Positions 27,701 to 61,540 of a stretch of 64,000 bases of DNA are shown one piece after another; the stretch's first letter is position 1; the number at the start of each line of letters is the position of its first letter. This DNA comes from the human T2T-CHM13v2.0 reference genome, Homo sapiens. The position numbers and the translations under genes were made by a program. The stretch lies in the NCBI RefSeq assembly GCF_009914755.1, contig NC_060946.1; one strand, written 5' to 3'. Under the pieces are notes generated by a model. The model saw only the letters and a list, made by a program, of their open reading frames with translations. It was not told the DNA's origin and made no database searches.

Positions 27701-28155
27701 AAAGGGCCGAGGAGCATCTGGTTTTCATGGCAAAGCTCTACTCCAGAGCTCCTTTAACATCTGCTAATTAAGTGCAATAAATTTTTCTAGAAAATGGCAA
27801 AGATGACTTCCAGGTGGATATTGCTCTCTTACGGTGTTGGGGATGCCAGAACACCACTTGGTTTTATTTTTCTAAGTGCATGTGATGTGATAGAGTGTGT
27901 GGGGCTCTGTGTCCTTCCCTGGGAGCTGGCATTCCAGCGGGCCCCTCTCTTTACCTTTGTTGGGGGAAGGAGGCAAGAGAGAAATTCCTTCTTCCCAGCC
28001 AGAGAGGGCAGAAGCAGACCGTAGCCCATTGGCCTTATGTGCGTGTGTGCGTGCGAGTGTGTCACTGCTGGTGGGCCGGAGTGATGTGGTGGGAGGGAAG
28101 CCGGGAATGTATCCTTTTCAGACAAAATTAAATATTTTGAAATGAGAATGTTGGG
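24783..28155 (+). other. TEF: TEF 3' UTR (long form; 3' end approximate)
   Basis: Repeat-poor sequence from the stop codon to a poly(A) signal at 28127; Alus resume at ~28510. Confidence 0.85.
27776..27781 (+). terminator. TEF: Possible proximal TEF poly(A) signal
   Basis: Canonical AATAAA inside the 3' UTR; downstream GT-rich element weaker than at the distal site. Confidence 0.45.
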
Positions 28156-28175
28156 ATTGTCTTTTCTGTCCTTCT
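28108..28175 (+). terminator. TEF: TEF distal polyadenylation site
   Basis: TGTA at 28108-28111, ATTAAA at 28127-28132, then a GT/T-rich downstream element (tgttgggattgtcttttctgtcctt, ~28149-28173). Confidence 0.8.
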
Positions 28176-28509
28176 CCCCACCCCCAACCCTGAGTTTCCT
28201 CTCTTGAGTGTTGGCCTAGGAGCTGGAGAGTCAAGCTGGAAAACTTTTATCTCATTAGAATCCACCCCAGACACCCCCTTCATCACAGTCCAGACACTCT
28301 TAGCATCTGACCCCAACCACTCTGCCTCAGTTTCCTCATCTATCAGATGGAAGTGATTCTCGCCTTGCTTATATTGAGGAGGGACAAATATTAGACCAAA
28401 AGCAGTTTGAACAGGTAAAGGTGCTACACAACTAGAAGACAGGGAACTGCTTATGACAAGTGTTCTCGAATAGAGAATGCGTGATGGCAGCTCTGTAAAG
28501 AAAAGAAAG

Positions 28510-30545
<2,036 letters not shown>

Positions 30546-31506
30546 CGAACACCAGCTTCATAAGACAGTTGTCCCACAAAGACACCTGGAGCAGGGCAAA
30601 CACCACTCAGCAGCTGCCATTATGGTGACAGAGAGGAAGGTACGGACCTACATGGAGACCATCACCTCCAGTCCCAGCAGCTGCTGCCCATCGCGGGTTG
30701 TCTACCAGCTGGTGTGGGATGCAGCCAGGGTCAGACCAGCTGTGTGGTCTTGGACAACTTATCCATTTCCCTGAGCTGTTTCTCTCTCTGTCCAACAAGG
30801 ATGCGCTACACAGGTCACATGTGCGTGCCTGACAGCACATCTCGACCCTTCTCCTTCCCCTCCACCCCAGCTCCTTCAAGGACAAATTCCGAAGCTGGAC
30901 ACATGCCCCCTTCCTTTACTGCACCCTATTACCAGACAGCCCTTCACACACTGCCCCGTGGCTGTGCCAGGCTGGCCCAGCTGGCAGCTCCTGACGTCAG
31001 CAGCTAATCCGGGAAAGCTGCCAGCCAGAGATAGGGGTGAGCAGCAAAGGAAATCAGAAACAGGTTTTAAGATGGGTGCCCCAACCCCCCAGCCAGCCCT
31101 CAGGGAGCTTTCATCAGCCTCTCACTTAAGCAAATCCTCGCAACCATGCGTCCTGATGCCCGGTCCCCTCAGGATTAAGTAAGTGCTGAGCAGGAGGCTT
31201 TTATTTTAAGCTGCAGCTCTGTCATCAGGAGCTAGGCACACAGCAAGCCACTGCCTAGCTGTCCCATAGGTTTCTCCAAACAGAGTAGTGGGCGTCCACT
31301 CAGGTCTGGATTTCAGGCTGACTCCAGGAAGTCCAGACTGCAGGGAGGTAGAGGGGACGGGGCAAAGGTCAAGGATCAGAGGTAGAGGGGACAGGACAAG
31401 GGCCTCAGTGTGTTGCCTCCAGCTGGCCCTCCCTCTTAAGGCACAAGGCCCGGTGCACCATTCCTCACTGTTCTTATGTCTTCCCAGCGTACAGCACGCA
31501 GGACGG

Positions 31507-32460
<954 letters not shown>

Positions 32461-33917
32461 TCAAGTGATCCTTTCACCTTGGCCTCCCAAAGTGCTGAGA
32501 TTACAGATGTGAACCACCGAGCCTTGCCTTTCTTCCTCTCCATCCTTGGCACCCAAGTCTAGTTCTTTAACCCATTTGCTCCTCCTGGGTCTTCCCAACT
32601 CCTTCCTGTTTCAGAGCCATTGCACTTGCTGTTCCTTCTGCCTGGAGTGCGTGCCCCCACATCTCCTCAGCCTCGCTCTGTTCTCAGTGCCTGGCCTGCC
32701 CATGCGCAGCAGCAGTAGCTGCTCCCCAAATATCTGCTGACCTGGCTGTGGGGAGGATAACACCAGAGCTGGGTGTGACAGCGGTGTTGTATCACCACCA
32801 GGTGGAGCTGTAGACACGTCCTGGGCGGTGACCTCGGGTCCAGCCTCCAGATCTGTCCTCTCAGCAAAGCCTCCAGGGCCCTCCGTGCCAGGCAGTGCTG
32901 TGGGCACCAGCTGACTCAGCCGCCGCCCCTCCTGCCCTCCAATGGCTACTGGCATACGTGGTCCAAGGGCTTGCACAGAAGCCTGGGAGGAAGGGAGGGC
33001 TGGCTGCCGCCCAAGGCCTGTGCTTCTAGGCTCTTTCTGGGGAGGGAGGGGACGTGGAGGGAGTTGGGTGGGGATGGTAGCTCAGCCAGGCATCTGGGAT
33101 GAGGGGTTCTGCAGAGGCGTCGGACTTGGAGTCTATCTGCTGCCTGAATTTGTATCCCACCACCCCCAGTCCTCCATATGCCTTTGACAAGCCTGGCTCT
33201 GAGCCTCAGTTTCCCCATCTGTCAAAAAGAGAGAATAGACTGGGCACAGTGGCACTTTCAGAGGCCAAGATGAGCGGATCACTTGAGCTCAGGAATTCAA
33301 GACCATCCTGGCCAATATGGTGAAACCCCATCTCTACTAAAAATACAAAAAAATTGGGGCCAGGCCTGGTGGCTCATGCCTGTAATCCCAGCACTTTGGG
33401 AGGCTGAGGCAGGTGGATCACGAGGTTAGGAGTTCAAGACCAGCCTGGCCAAGATGGTGAAACCCCATCTCTACTAAAAATGCAAAAATTAGCCGGGCGT
33501 GGTGGTGCGCACCTGTAATTCCATCTACTCGGGAAGCAGAGAATTGCTTAAACCTGTGAGGCAGAGGTTTCAGTGAGCCAAGATCGCACCACTGCACTCC
33601 AGCCTGGGCGACAAAGAGTGAGACTCCATCTCAAAAACAAAAACAATAACAAAAAAATTAGCCAGGTGTGGTGGCAGGCACCTGTAGTCCCAGCTACTCG
33701 GGAGGCTGAGGCAGCAGAATCACCTGAACCTGGGAGTCAGAGGCTGCAGTGAGCTGAGATTGCACCACTGCACTCCAGCCTGGGCAACAGAGAGAGACTC
33801 TGGCTCAAAAATAAAAAAAAGTGGGCCGGGCACGGTGGCTCGTGCCTGTAATCCCAGCACTTTGGGAGGCTGAGGCGGGCAGATCACAAGGTCAGGAGAT
33901 CGAGACCATCCTGGCTA

Positions 33918-34085
<168 letters not shown>

Positions 34086-34258
34086 CTAAATAAATAAATA
34101 AATGTTAAATTTTTTTTTAAAATAAATAAAGAATAAATGGGCCGGGTGCAGTGGCTCATACCTGTAATCCCAGCACTTTGGGAGGCTGAGGCGGGCGGAT
34201 CATGAGGTCAGGAGATCGAGACCATCCTGGCTAACACGGTGAAACCCCATCTCTACTA

Positions 34259-34522
<264 letters not shown>

Positions 34523-34742
34523 TCAGGGGCCTCCTCGAGTGGGGGTGGTGTGTGCAGGTACCGTGTGTGTGGGTTGGGGAAAAGGTGGGTGGACAGGAAA
34601 CCAGGGGCCCCTGGGGCCTCAGCACTGCCTTTTCAAGTGGGGCAAGATCTCTGGGGCCTCCCCTGCCCTGAGGCCCAGAGCCTGAGTTGCCCGAGTGCCT
34701 GTGTCTCAGTGTGTGTACAATTGTGTCTATGTGTGTCTGTGA

Positions 34743-35105
<363 letters not shown>

Positions 35106-35624
35106 TAGCCAGGATGGTGTCGATCTCCTGACCTCGTGATCCGCCCGCCTCGGCCTCACAAAGTGCTGGGAGTACAGGCGTGAGCCATTGCACCCGGCCC
35201 AGGAGGTTTCATATCCATGCCAGGAGGGGCCCACAGGGCCTGGGGCAGCTGCTCAATTGGCAGCTGGGGCAGTGCCCTGTGAAGGCTCTGGGGTACCCTG
35301 CTTCTGTTCCAGCCCCCTACCCCCATCCCCAGTCCCTAGTAACTGGATCTTCTCTCTCCATCTCTCCCCTGGAAGGACCCAGTGCTTCCTGATTTGCATG
35401 ATATTTACATACATTTGAATTTAGATCCCTGCTTCCCTGAGGCATACAGCATTATTCTCACTCCTGCCAGAGTAGTCAAGGAGGCTGTGGACTTCCTTAG
35501 CATAAGGGAGTCCAGGGATTAAGCTGGAGGGGCCCAACACCTCCCCTCTTCCCCATACAGAGTCAGCCTGGCTCTTTTCCTGCTCAAGATATGTGATTAT
35601 TTAATTAATTAATTTATTTTTTGA

Positions 35625-35912
<288 letters not shown>

Positions 35913-37720
35913 TGAGCACTTACTGTGTCAGTTTTTGTTTTTTTGAGACAGAGTCTTGCTCTGTTGTCCAGGCTGGAGTGCAGTGGCACAATCTCAGCTC
36001 TCAGCTCACTGCAATCTCCGCCTCCCGAGTTCAAGTGATTCTCCTCCCTCAGCCTCCTGGATAGCTGGGATTACAGGTGCCCGACATCACCCCTGACCAA
36101 GTTTTGTATTTTTAATAGAGACGGGGTTTCATCATGTTGGTCGGGCTGGTCTTGAACTCCTGATCTAAAGCTATCCACCTTCCTCCGCCTCCCAAAGTGC
36201 TGGGATTATAGGCGTGAGCCACCACACCCGGCCAGATTTTTTTTTTTAATTGAGATGAGGGTCTCCCTGTGTTGCCCAGGCTGGTCTCAAACTCCTGGGC
36301 TCAAGTGATCCTCCCACCTCAGCCTCCCAAAGTGCTGGAATTACAGGCATGAACTATACCGTGCCAGGACAGCAGATGCTTTCTATGCCCATTCATTTCA
36401 ACCTCACAACAGCCCTTTACGGTATCTTTACATCCATTTTATAGATAGGAAAACAGGTTCAGAACAATTAAGTGACTTGGTTGAGACCACCCAGTAAGTA
36501 GGATTTGAACCCAGCTCTGGTGAACTTTCTGTTGACACGGCTGGAGTGTGGGCTTAGTAAGGGGGCCTAGGCACTTTCTTTCTTGGCTCCTGCCCTTGAG
36601 TAACAAACCTGGCTCTTGCTCTTTTGACTCAAGGGTCACTATGTCCCCTGGGGAGATAAGAGGAGCGGTAGTGGTGGTGGTGGTAGCAGACTATTTTTGT
36701 ATTTTTAGTAGAGGTGGGGTTTCACCACGTTCGCCAGGCTGGTCTCGAACTCCTGACCTTGTGATCCACCTGCCTCAGCCTCCCAAAGCGCTGGGATTAC
36801 AGGCGTGAGCCACCACGCCCAGTCTGCTAAGTGCTTTTCAAGCATTTTCTCAAACTGTCTTTCCCACAACCCTTTGTGAGTTACATCTTATTATAAATCG
36901 CATTTCACAGGTGAGAAAACTAGGGCACAGCGGCCAGGTGCGGTGGCTCACACCTGTAATCCCAGCACTTTGGGAGGCCGAGGCGCGTTGATCACGAGGT
37001 CAGGAGATCGAGACCATCCTGTCTAACACAGTAAAACCCCATGTCTACTAAAAATACAAAAAAATTAGCCGGGCGTGGTGGCAGGTGTCTGTAGTCCCAG
37101 CTACTCGGGAGGCTGAGGCAGGAGAATGGCGTGAACCCAGGAGGCGGAGCTTGCAGTGACGAGATGGTGCCACTGCACTCCAGCCTGGGCGACAGAGCGA
37201 GACCCTGTCTCAAAAAAAAAAAAAAAAAAAAAGAAAAGAAAACTAGGGCACAGAGAGGTGAAGTGAGTAGCCCAAGATCACATAGCTAAGAAATGTTACA
37301 GGCAGACTCAAACTGAGATCTATCTGGGTCCAGAGTCTGTGCTTTTATTCTCTGTGTTGCACTGAACTGAACTATCAAGAAATGGAAATTCTAGCCGGGC
37401 ACAGTGGCTCACGCTTATAATCCTAGCACTTTGGGAGGCTGAGGCATGTGAATTGCCTGAGCTCAGGAGTTCAAGATCATGCTGGACAACATAGTGAAAT
37501 CTCTTCTCTGCTAAAACACAAAAACTTAGCCAGGTGTGGTGGTGGGTACCTGTAGTCCCAGCTACTCAGGATGCTGCGGCACGAGAATTGCTTGGGCCTG
37601 AGAGGTGGATGTTGCAGTGAGCTCAGCTGAGATCGTGTCACTGCACTCCAACCTGGGCAGCCTGGGCAGCAGAGCGAGACTCCGTCTCAAAAAAGAAAAA
37701 AGAAAAAGGACTGCCAACTC

Positions 37721-37753
37721 TGGCTGGCTGGGCTGGGCTGGGCTGGGCTGGGC
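37721..37753 (+). repeat. (GGGCT)n pentanucleotide repeat
   Basis: tggctggctgggctgggctgggctgggctgggc. Confidence 0.9.
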
Positions 37754-38077
37754 AAGGTAAGTCAATCTCACCTCTCGTGGGGCTGGAGGATAGACACACC
37801 CCGCATTCTAGCCACGGCCACTCTCTGGGTCACTCCTCCCCTTTGAGCCTTAGTTTCCCATTTTTTGTTTTGTTTTGTTTTTGAGATGGAGTCTCACTCT
37901 GTCGCTCAGGCTGGAGTGCAGTGCAGGGCCAGGCACGGTGGCTCACGCCTGTAACCCCAGCACTTTGGGAGGCCGAGGTGGGCGGATCATGAGGTCAGGA
38001 GATCGAGACCATCCTGGCTAACACGGTGAAACCCCATCTCTACGAAAAATACAAAAAATAAGCCGGGCGTGGTGTCA

Positions 38078-38260
<183 letters not shown>

Positions 38261-39440
38261 TCATGCCTGTAATCCCAGCACTGTTGGAGGCCGAGTTGGG
38301 CGGATCACCTGAGGTCAGGAGTTCGAGACCAGCCTGGCCAACATGGTGAAACCCCATCTCTATTAAAAATACAAAAATTAGCTGGGCATAGTGGCTAATC
38401 CCAGCTATTTGGGAGGCTGAGGCAGGAGAATCACTTGAACCGGGAGGTGGAGGTTGCAGTGAGCTGAGATCGTGCCATTGCACTCCAGCCTGGGCAACAA
38501 GAGCAAAAAAAAAAAAAGAAAAAAAAAAAGAAAAGAGGATTCTGGTCCTCTCGTCCTTGCCCAGCTTTCCAGGGCAGCTATGAGGATAGAAGAGCCAAGG
38601 TTGCCATTTTCAAATGGTTTTTTGAAGTAGAACATCATTTTCACCCATAATCTTATCCAGAAGGCCAACATATGAAACACATAAAATGGGTGTTTCATCA
38701 GCATAAATTTCTAAGCTGAAGATGGGGACAGATCATTAGTCTAAAGTCACTCCAGAGGGTAAGTGTGTAACATCTGTGATGGACACACACCCTGCCCAGG
38801 GTGTGGGTGAAGGCCAGGATGCTGAGCTACCCCAGCACCCAGTCTATCTCTGAAGTTGTCTGTGTTGCATTGATATGAAGAAAGACTTGAAGCTTCCAGA
38901 CAAAAAGCTGCTTTTAAAAAATGAATTCAAAGCAAGCTTTCGTGACAACTCTAAGGCCCAGACAGGGGCTCCAAGTGTTCACACAGCCCATCTGATGATC
39001 CTTGCCCTCCTGCCATCTGGGCTTCAGACTCCCACTTGGGGGCACAGGGAAGCTGGGGTCCACCTCCAGGGGCCCATCTGTTTACTTCTGCAGGTCCAAA
39101 TCCAATGGCCAAGATCACTTGGCCAGTGACCTGGCTCCCCACAACCTCTCAGAAGCCTGAGTGCTGCAGGTTGGGCAACAGAGTGTGTGTGGAGAGGCTT
39201 TGAAGGACCGGCCTGGGGCTCAGCCGGGATGTGGGAAGCAGGGCAGGTAGGGTGAGATGGGGTAGGATGCGTGAGGGGTAGGGAGCTGGCCAAGGCCTGG
39301 GAGTATAAAAATAAATCCTGTTGGCCTGGTGACATCATTGGAGCACAGGATGTCCCTGGCAGGGGCTGGGAGTGGCAGAGGGGACATGGCAGGGGGTAGG
39401 GCAGAGAGGGTCCTGATCTGCCTGTTCTGTCTCTGGGAGC

Positions 39441-39477
<37 letters not shown>
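39441..39477. repeat. (TG)n-(CG)n microsatellite at an Alu tail
   Basis: tgtgtg...tgtgcgcgcgtgt alternating purine-pyrimidine run. Confidence 0.92.
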
Positions 39478-40948
39478 CTGTGTTTGAGACAGAGCCTTGC
39501 CCTGTTGTCCAGGCTGGAGTGCGGTGACACAAACTTGGCTCACTGCAACCTCTGCCTCCTGGATTCAAGCCATTCTCATGCCTCAGCCTTCGAGTAGCTG
39601 GGATTACAGGTGCGTGCCACCACGCCCGGCTAAATTTTTGTATTTTTAGTAGAAATGGGGTTTCACTGTGTTGGCCAGGCTGATCTCGAACTCCTGGCCT
39701 CAACTGATCTGCAAGCCTTGGCCTCCGAAAGGGCTGGGATTACAGGTGTGAGCCACCACGCCTGGCCTCCTTTGTGTTTAGAGGGACCAGGCCTGGGTTG
39801 TCCTGGGGCAGAGAGGCTGCCAGGGCCTCCTCCCCACTAGACACTTGGGATCATTTATATTGCATCTGTGAAAACTGAGGCCCAGAGAGGGACTTGCCTG
39901 AGGCTCCGCTTTGAGAGAAATGGCAGCTTCAGGACTCCAGCCAGAAGTGCCAGCCTCTCCTAAAGTCTGGTGGGCATGGTCGGGAGGATCACTGGGGAGA
40001 AGGCTTGACCGGATGGGGGTTGGGGGATGCACCAATTGAGCCAATGCCTAGCAAGGTGCTGACAGGGGCTGTGCAGCAGACAAGCCCCTCCCACCTGGCC
40101 ATCACCTCTGCGCCTCACTCACCCCGCAGAGGGACTGGGCAGGGATTAGTGCTGCTCCCATTTTACAGAAGAGAAAACCAAGACCCAAGGGGACAAAGTG
40201 GCCTGCTGCAGGCCACACAGCAAGCACATCATGCCCAGCTAGAATGGGGTCTGGTCTCTCCTGACAGTCCCCAGTTTAGCTGCTGATAGAGAGCCAGGTC
40301 CACAGCTAAGGTAGAGTCAGGGTGGGGGAAAGAGGGGTTGCCATGGAGATACAGGGAAGGGGCAGGAGGGAGCCCTGTGCCTCTGCTCTTCTCCTTCAGG
40401 TCCCTCCTACTGCTCACCCCTCCTCCACAGGGCTCACACTCTTACTGCACTGTGGACAAAATCCAGCCTCCTTGCCTGGCCAACGCTCTCTGGGCACATC
40501 AAGCCTCATCTCCCACCAAACCAACACACTCTAAGCTCAGTCTCACCAAAGAGCTCACAGATCCCTACAAGCGATTGCTATTTCAGGCCTCTGAGCAGCG
40601 GAACAAGCTGTTCCCTCTGCCGGGGATGCCCCTCCCGAATCTTCCGGGGTAACTCCTCTTCATCCTTCAAAATTCAGCTCTGAGCCCTCACTGCTCCATC
40701 AGACCTCCATGAGGATTGTGATTGCGATTGTGATATGTTTGCTGCCTGCCCCTCTTCCTGTACCAACAACTCTTTTAGGGCAGGAAGTGTACTTTATTCA
40801 TCTTTCCATGCCTAGTGTCTAGCTAGGGCCTGGATGGAGGAATTAAACTGAGTCCTGATTCTTCTGTACCCTCCTCACCAGGGACTTTGTCCAAGTCACA
40901 TCCCCTCTCTGAGCCTTGATTTTTATTTATTTATTATTATTATTTTGA

Positions 40949-41149
<201 letters not shown>

Positions 41150-41751
41150 TGAGCTCCTGGACTCAAAACAATCTGCCTGCCTCGGCCTCCAGAGTGCTGG
41201 GATTACAGGTGTGAGCCACTGCGCCCGGCCTCACTCTCTGAGCCTTTAAAATAGGGACAATAAGGCCCATTTTGCAGGGTTGCTGGAGGACAGGGTCCAA
41301 TGTATCCCTTAGCAGGCAGTAAGGGATACCTGTACGGGTGGGCATGGTGCTCCAAGGTCATGATCCGGCCATTCTCTGACCAAGGCTCCCAGTCCATCCT
41401 CGTCTGCCCTGTCTTTCCAGCCTGCCCCATCAAATCCAGTCTGCCGCAGTCCCCACCTGCACCTGCCATCGCCTGCTGTCAGCTAGCTCTCTTCCCTAAA
41501 ACCCTCCCTGTTCTCAAATCATCTCAAAGCCTTGAAGGTAGAGCACATTTCAAATGCAGAGGCCCAGGCCCCACTCTCAAGAGGCCTGGTGTGGAACTCC
41601 GGAATTAGCTTTGCTCAGCAGCCTCCCCGTGGCCATGCCCTTGCTTTAGGGGAGCCTCCCGGGGCGACATGGAAGCGCCCGATGATGTCCTAACCTGGGG
41701 AAACAGGGAGAGCAAACGCGGTGTGGTGGGATGTGGGTGGCCATGACCTTA

Positions 41752-42456
<705 letters not shown>

Positions 42457-43818
42457 TCAGCGGTCTCGAAGCTGCGGCCCAGGCGGGGCAGGAGATGTGA
42501 AGATGCCAGGTCCCCGGGGAGGGCAAAGGGCGTGCGGGCCGTAAGGGACAGCAGAGCGGTCGGGGCCGCCCACCCGGCGGACGCCGGAGGCGAGAGGCCC
42601 CACCCCGGCTCCTCTCCACACCCCGCGCGGCCTTGGGGAGTCAGCCCGGGACTCGCTCCCGGCAGGTGTCCTACCCTCCCCCGGTCCCGGTTGGCGCGGC
42701 GGCCGGCACGGCGGGCGCGGAGGGGGCCGCGCTGGTGTCACCAGGAGTGAACAGCCCAGCTATTCAGGGAGGGGGCGCCCCCCGCTGCCCTCCGCGACCC
42801 GCGCTGACGTCGCCGCGCAGCCCGTTACGTAACCCCCCTCCCCGCCTTTCCTCGCGGGCCCGGCCTCCTCCTCCAGCGCCGCCTCGCCTGCCGCAGCGCC
42901 TCCGCGTTCCGCTTTGCGCCCAAAGGGAAACTGAGGCCCTTCTCCAGCAGAGCACGGCGGGTAGTGCCCGCGGGAGTGGCTGTGACCGTCCTCGTTAGGA
43001 TTCTTGGGTCCCTAGGGGAGCCCAGACTGCGAAGGGAGCCCCAGCTCCGCCTGGGGGACTCGGCTTCCTCCTGTCTACCGCGTTCTTCCTTCCTGGCCTG
43101 GACTCTGGGGGCTCTGGAGTCTTCTGTGGCCGCTCCACCCACATTTGTGCCTGGGCCACCATGTGCCTTAAATTATAAAGTCGGGCAGTGACGCTCAGTA
43201 GGGGTTGGTTTCTCCACCTTCCTCTGGGTGACCTTAGGCAGATTTTGCCTCTCCGAACCTCAGTGTCCCCACCTGTCTAAAATGGCCCCTTCCTTCTAGT
43301 GTGGTGGGGAAGAACAGCAGCATGTCGACACCCGGTGAGTACTTAGCCAGGTAGCTGTGAACTCTCCTTATCTAACCCTCCCTGCCAGGGGCCTGCCACA
43401 GCGCCAGACCTGGGCCTGGTTAGGTGGTGCCCAGCTGGGCCAGTCAGCTCCCTGTGGACCTTGGCCTTTGCCCTGGGAGCATGCGGTGCAGGCCTGCCCT
43501 GTGGCTCAGCAGCTGCAGAATGGCTGGTGTTCTGTGGCCTGGTGATGGTGGGGAGTGGGTGCTTCCCTGTCACCTTCCTTACAAGACCCTGGGAGCACCT
43601 GAGGGTCCCTTGCGGTCCCATTCATGGTCTTACTAAGGTAGCTCACCCAGAACCTGTTTTGAGCATCTAGGAAGAGCAAGCTGTGAGATGAGGAAGGTAT
43701 CTGCCCAGGCCTTCTCTGAGCTCCTCAGACACTGGGAACCTCAGTCTCTTCATCTCTTCCTTGGGCATAGATATCATACCTCCTTCCCTTCCCTCCTGCT
43801 TGGCCCCTGCCAGCATGA

Positions 43819-48370
<4,552 letters not shown>

Positions 48371-48694
48371 GGTTCCTTTGTATGTTCCAGGTCTCAGTTT
48401 ACTGCCTACTCAGAAACAGCCTCCCTGACCCCCACCCTTGTAGAGGACAGCTGGTTTGTTTCCCTGAGGACAAATCTCCACATGGATTTCTCGTTTCCTT
48501 ATATTTATTGTTTATCTTGCCCACCAGAATTAGTAAGGCTGGCAAGGGCAGGGACTTTTGATTCTGCTGCGACTCCAGTGCTGAGAACAGACTCTAGCAC
48601 ATAGTAGGGGCTCAGTAAATATTAATTGAGTGAACCATGAATGTTGGTTGGGCGTTTCCGTCGTTCCAGTAAGTCTGAGCGGCTGCTTTGTTTT

Positions 48695-54735
<6,041 letters not shown>

Positions 54736-55224
54736 GGGTTTTACGTTTCTGCCTTCTGGAAACCTCTGTGGTTTGTTGAAAGAGTCACTTAACACTTGCT
54801 GTGCCCTTGGCTTCACCCTTAACTCCTGTGCCCCTTAGTCTCACTCCTCTTTCCCCTCTCCACAGACTCCCTAAGGCCCCCTCAAATCCAGGGGTAACAA
54901 ATCCAGGTGTCATGTTACCCTGCAACTCACCCTGAAGCACTTGGCATAAGTGCTGTTCCCCTTCAAATTCTTCACCTCCTAGGTTGTCAACCCTCTGAAA
55001 AGCCTTCCAGGGCCACGTGGGAGCCTCGTCTGGGTGCATATAGCTCCTGGGCCGCCTCCTGCTGTGGATCTGATGTGGTGTTGAAGTATGAGACCTGGGT
55101 TTGTCTTCTCCCAGCTCTTCCACCAGTAGAAGGCCCCTCCAAGGGCAAGGCCTGGGTCTGCTCCTGCAGTGGTCCTTGCTCTGGACCTGGCATAAAGGAG
55201 GGCTCCAGGAGGGTTTGCAGTTGA

Positions 55225-61540
<6,316 letters not shown>

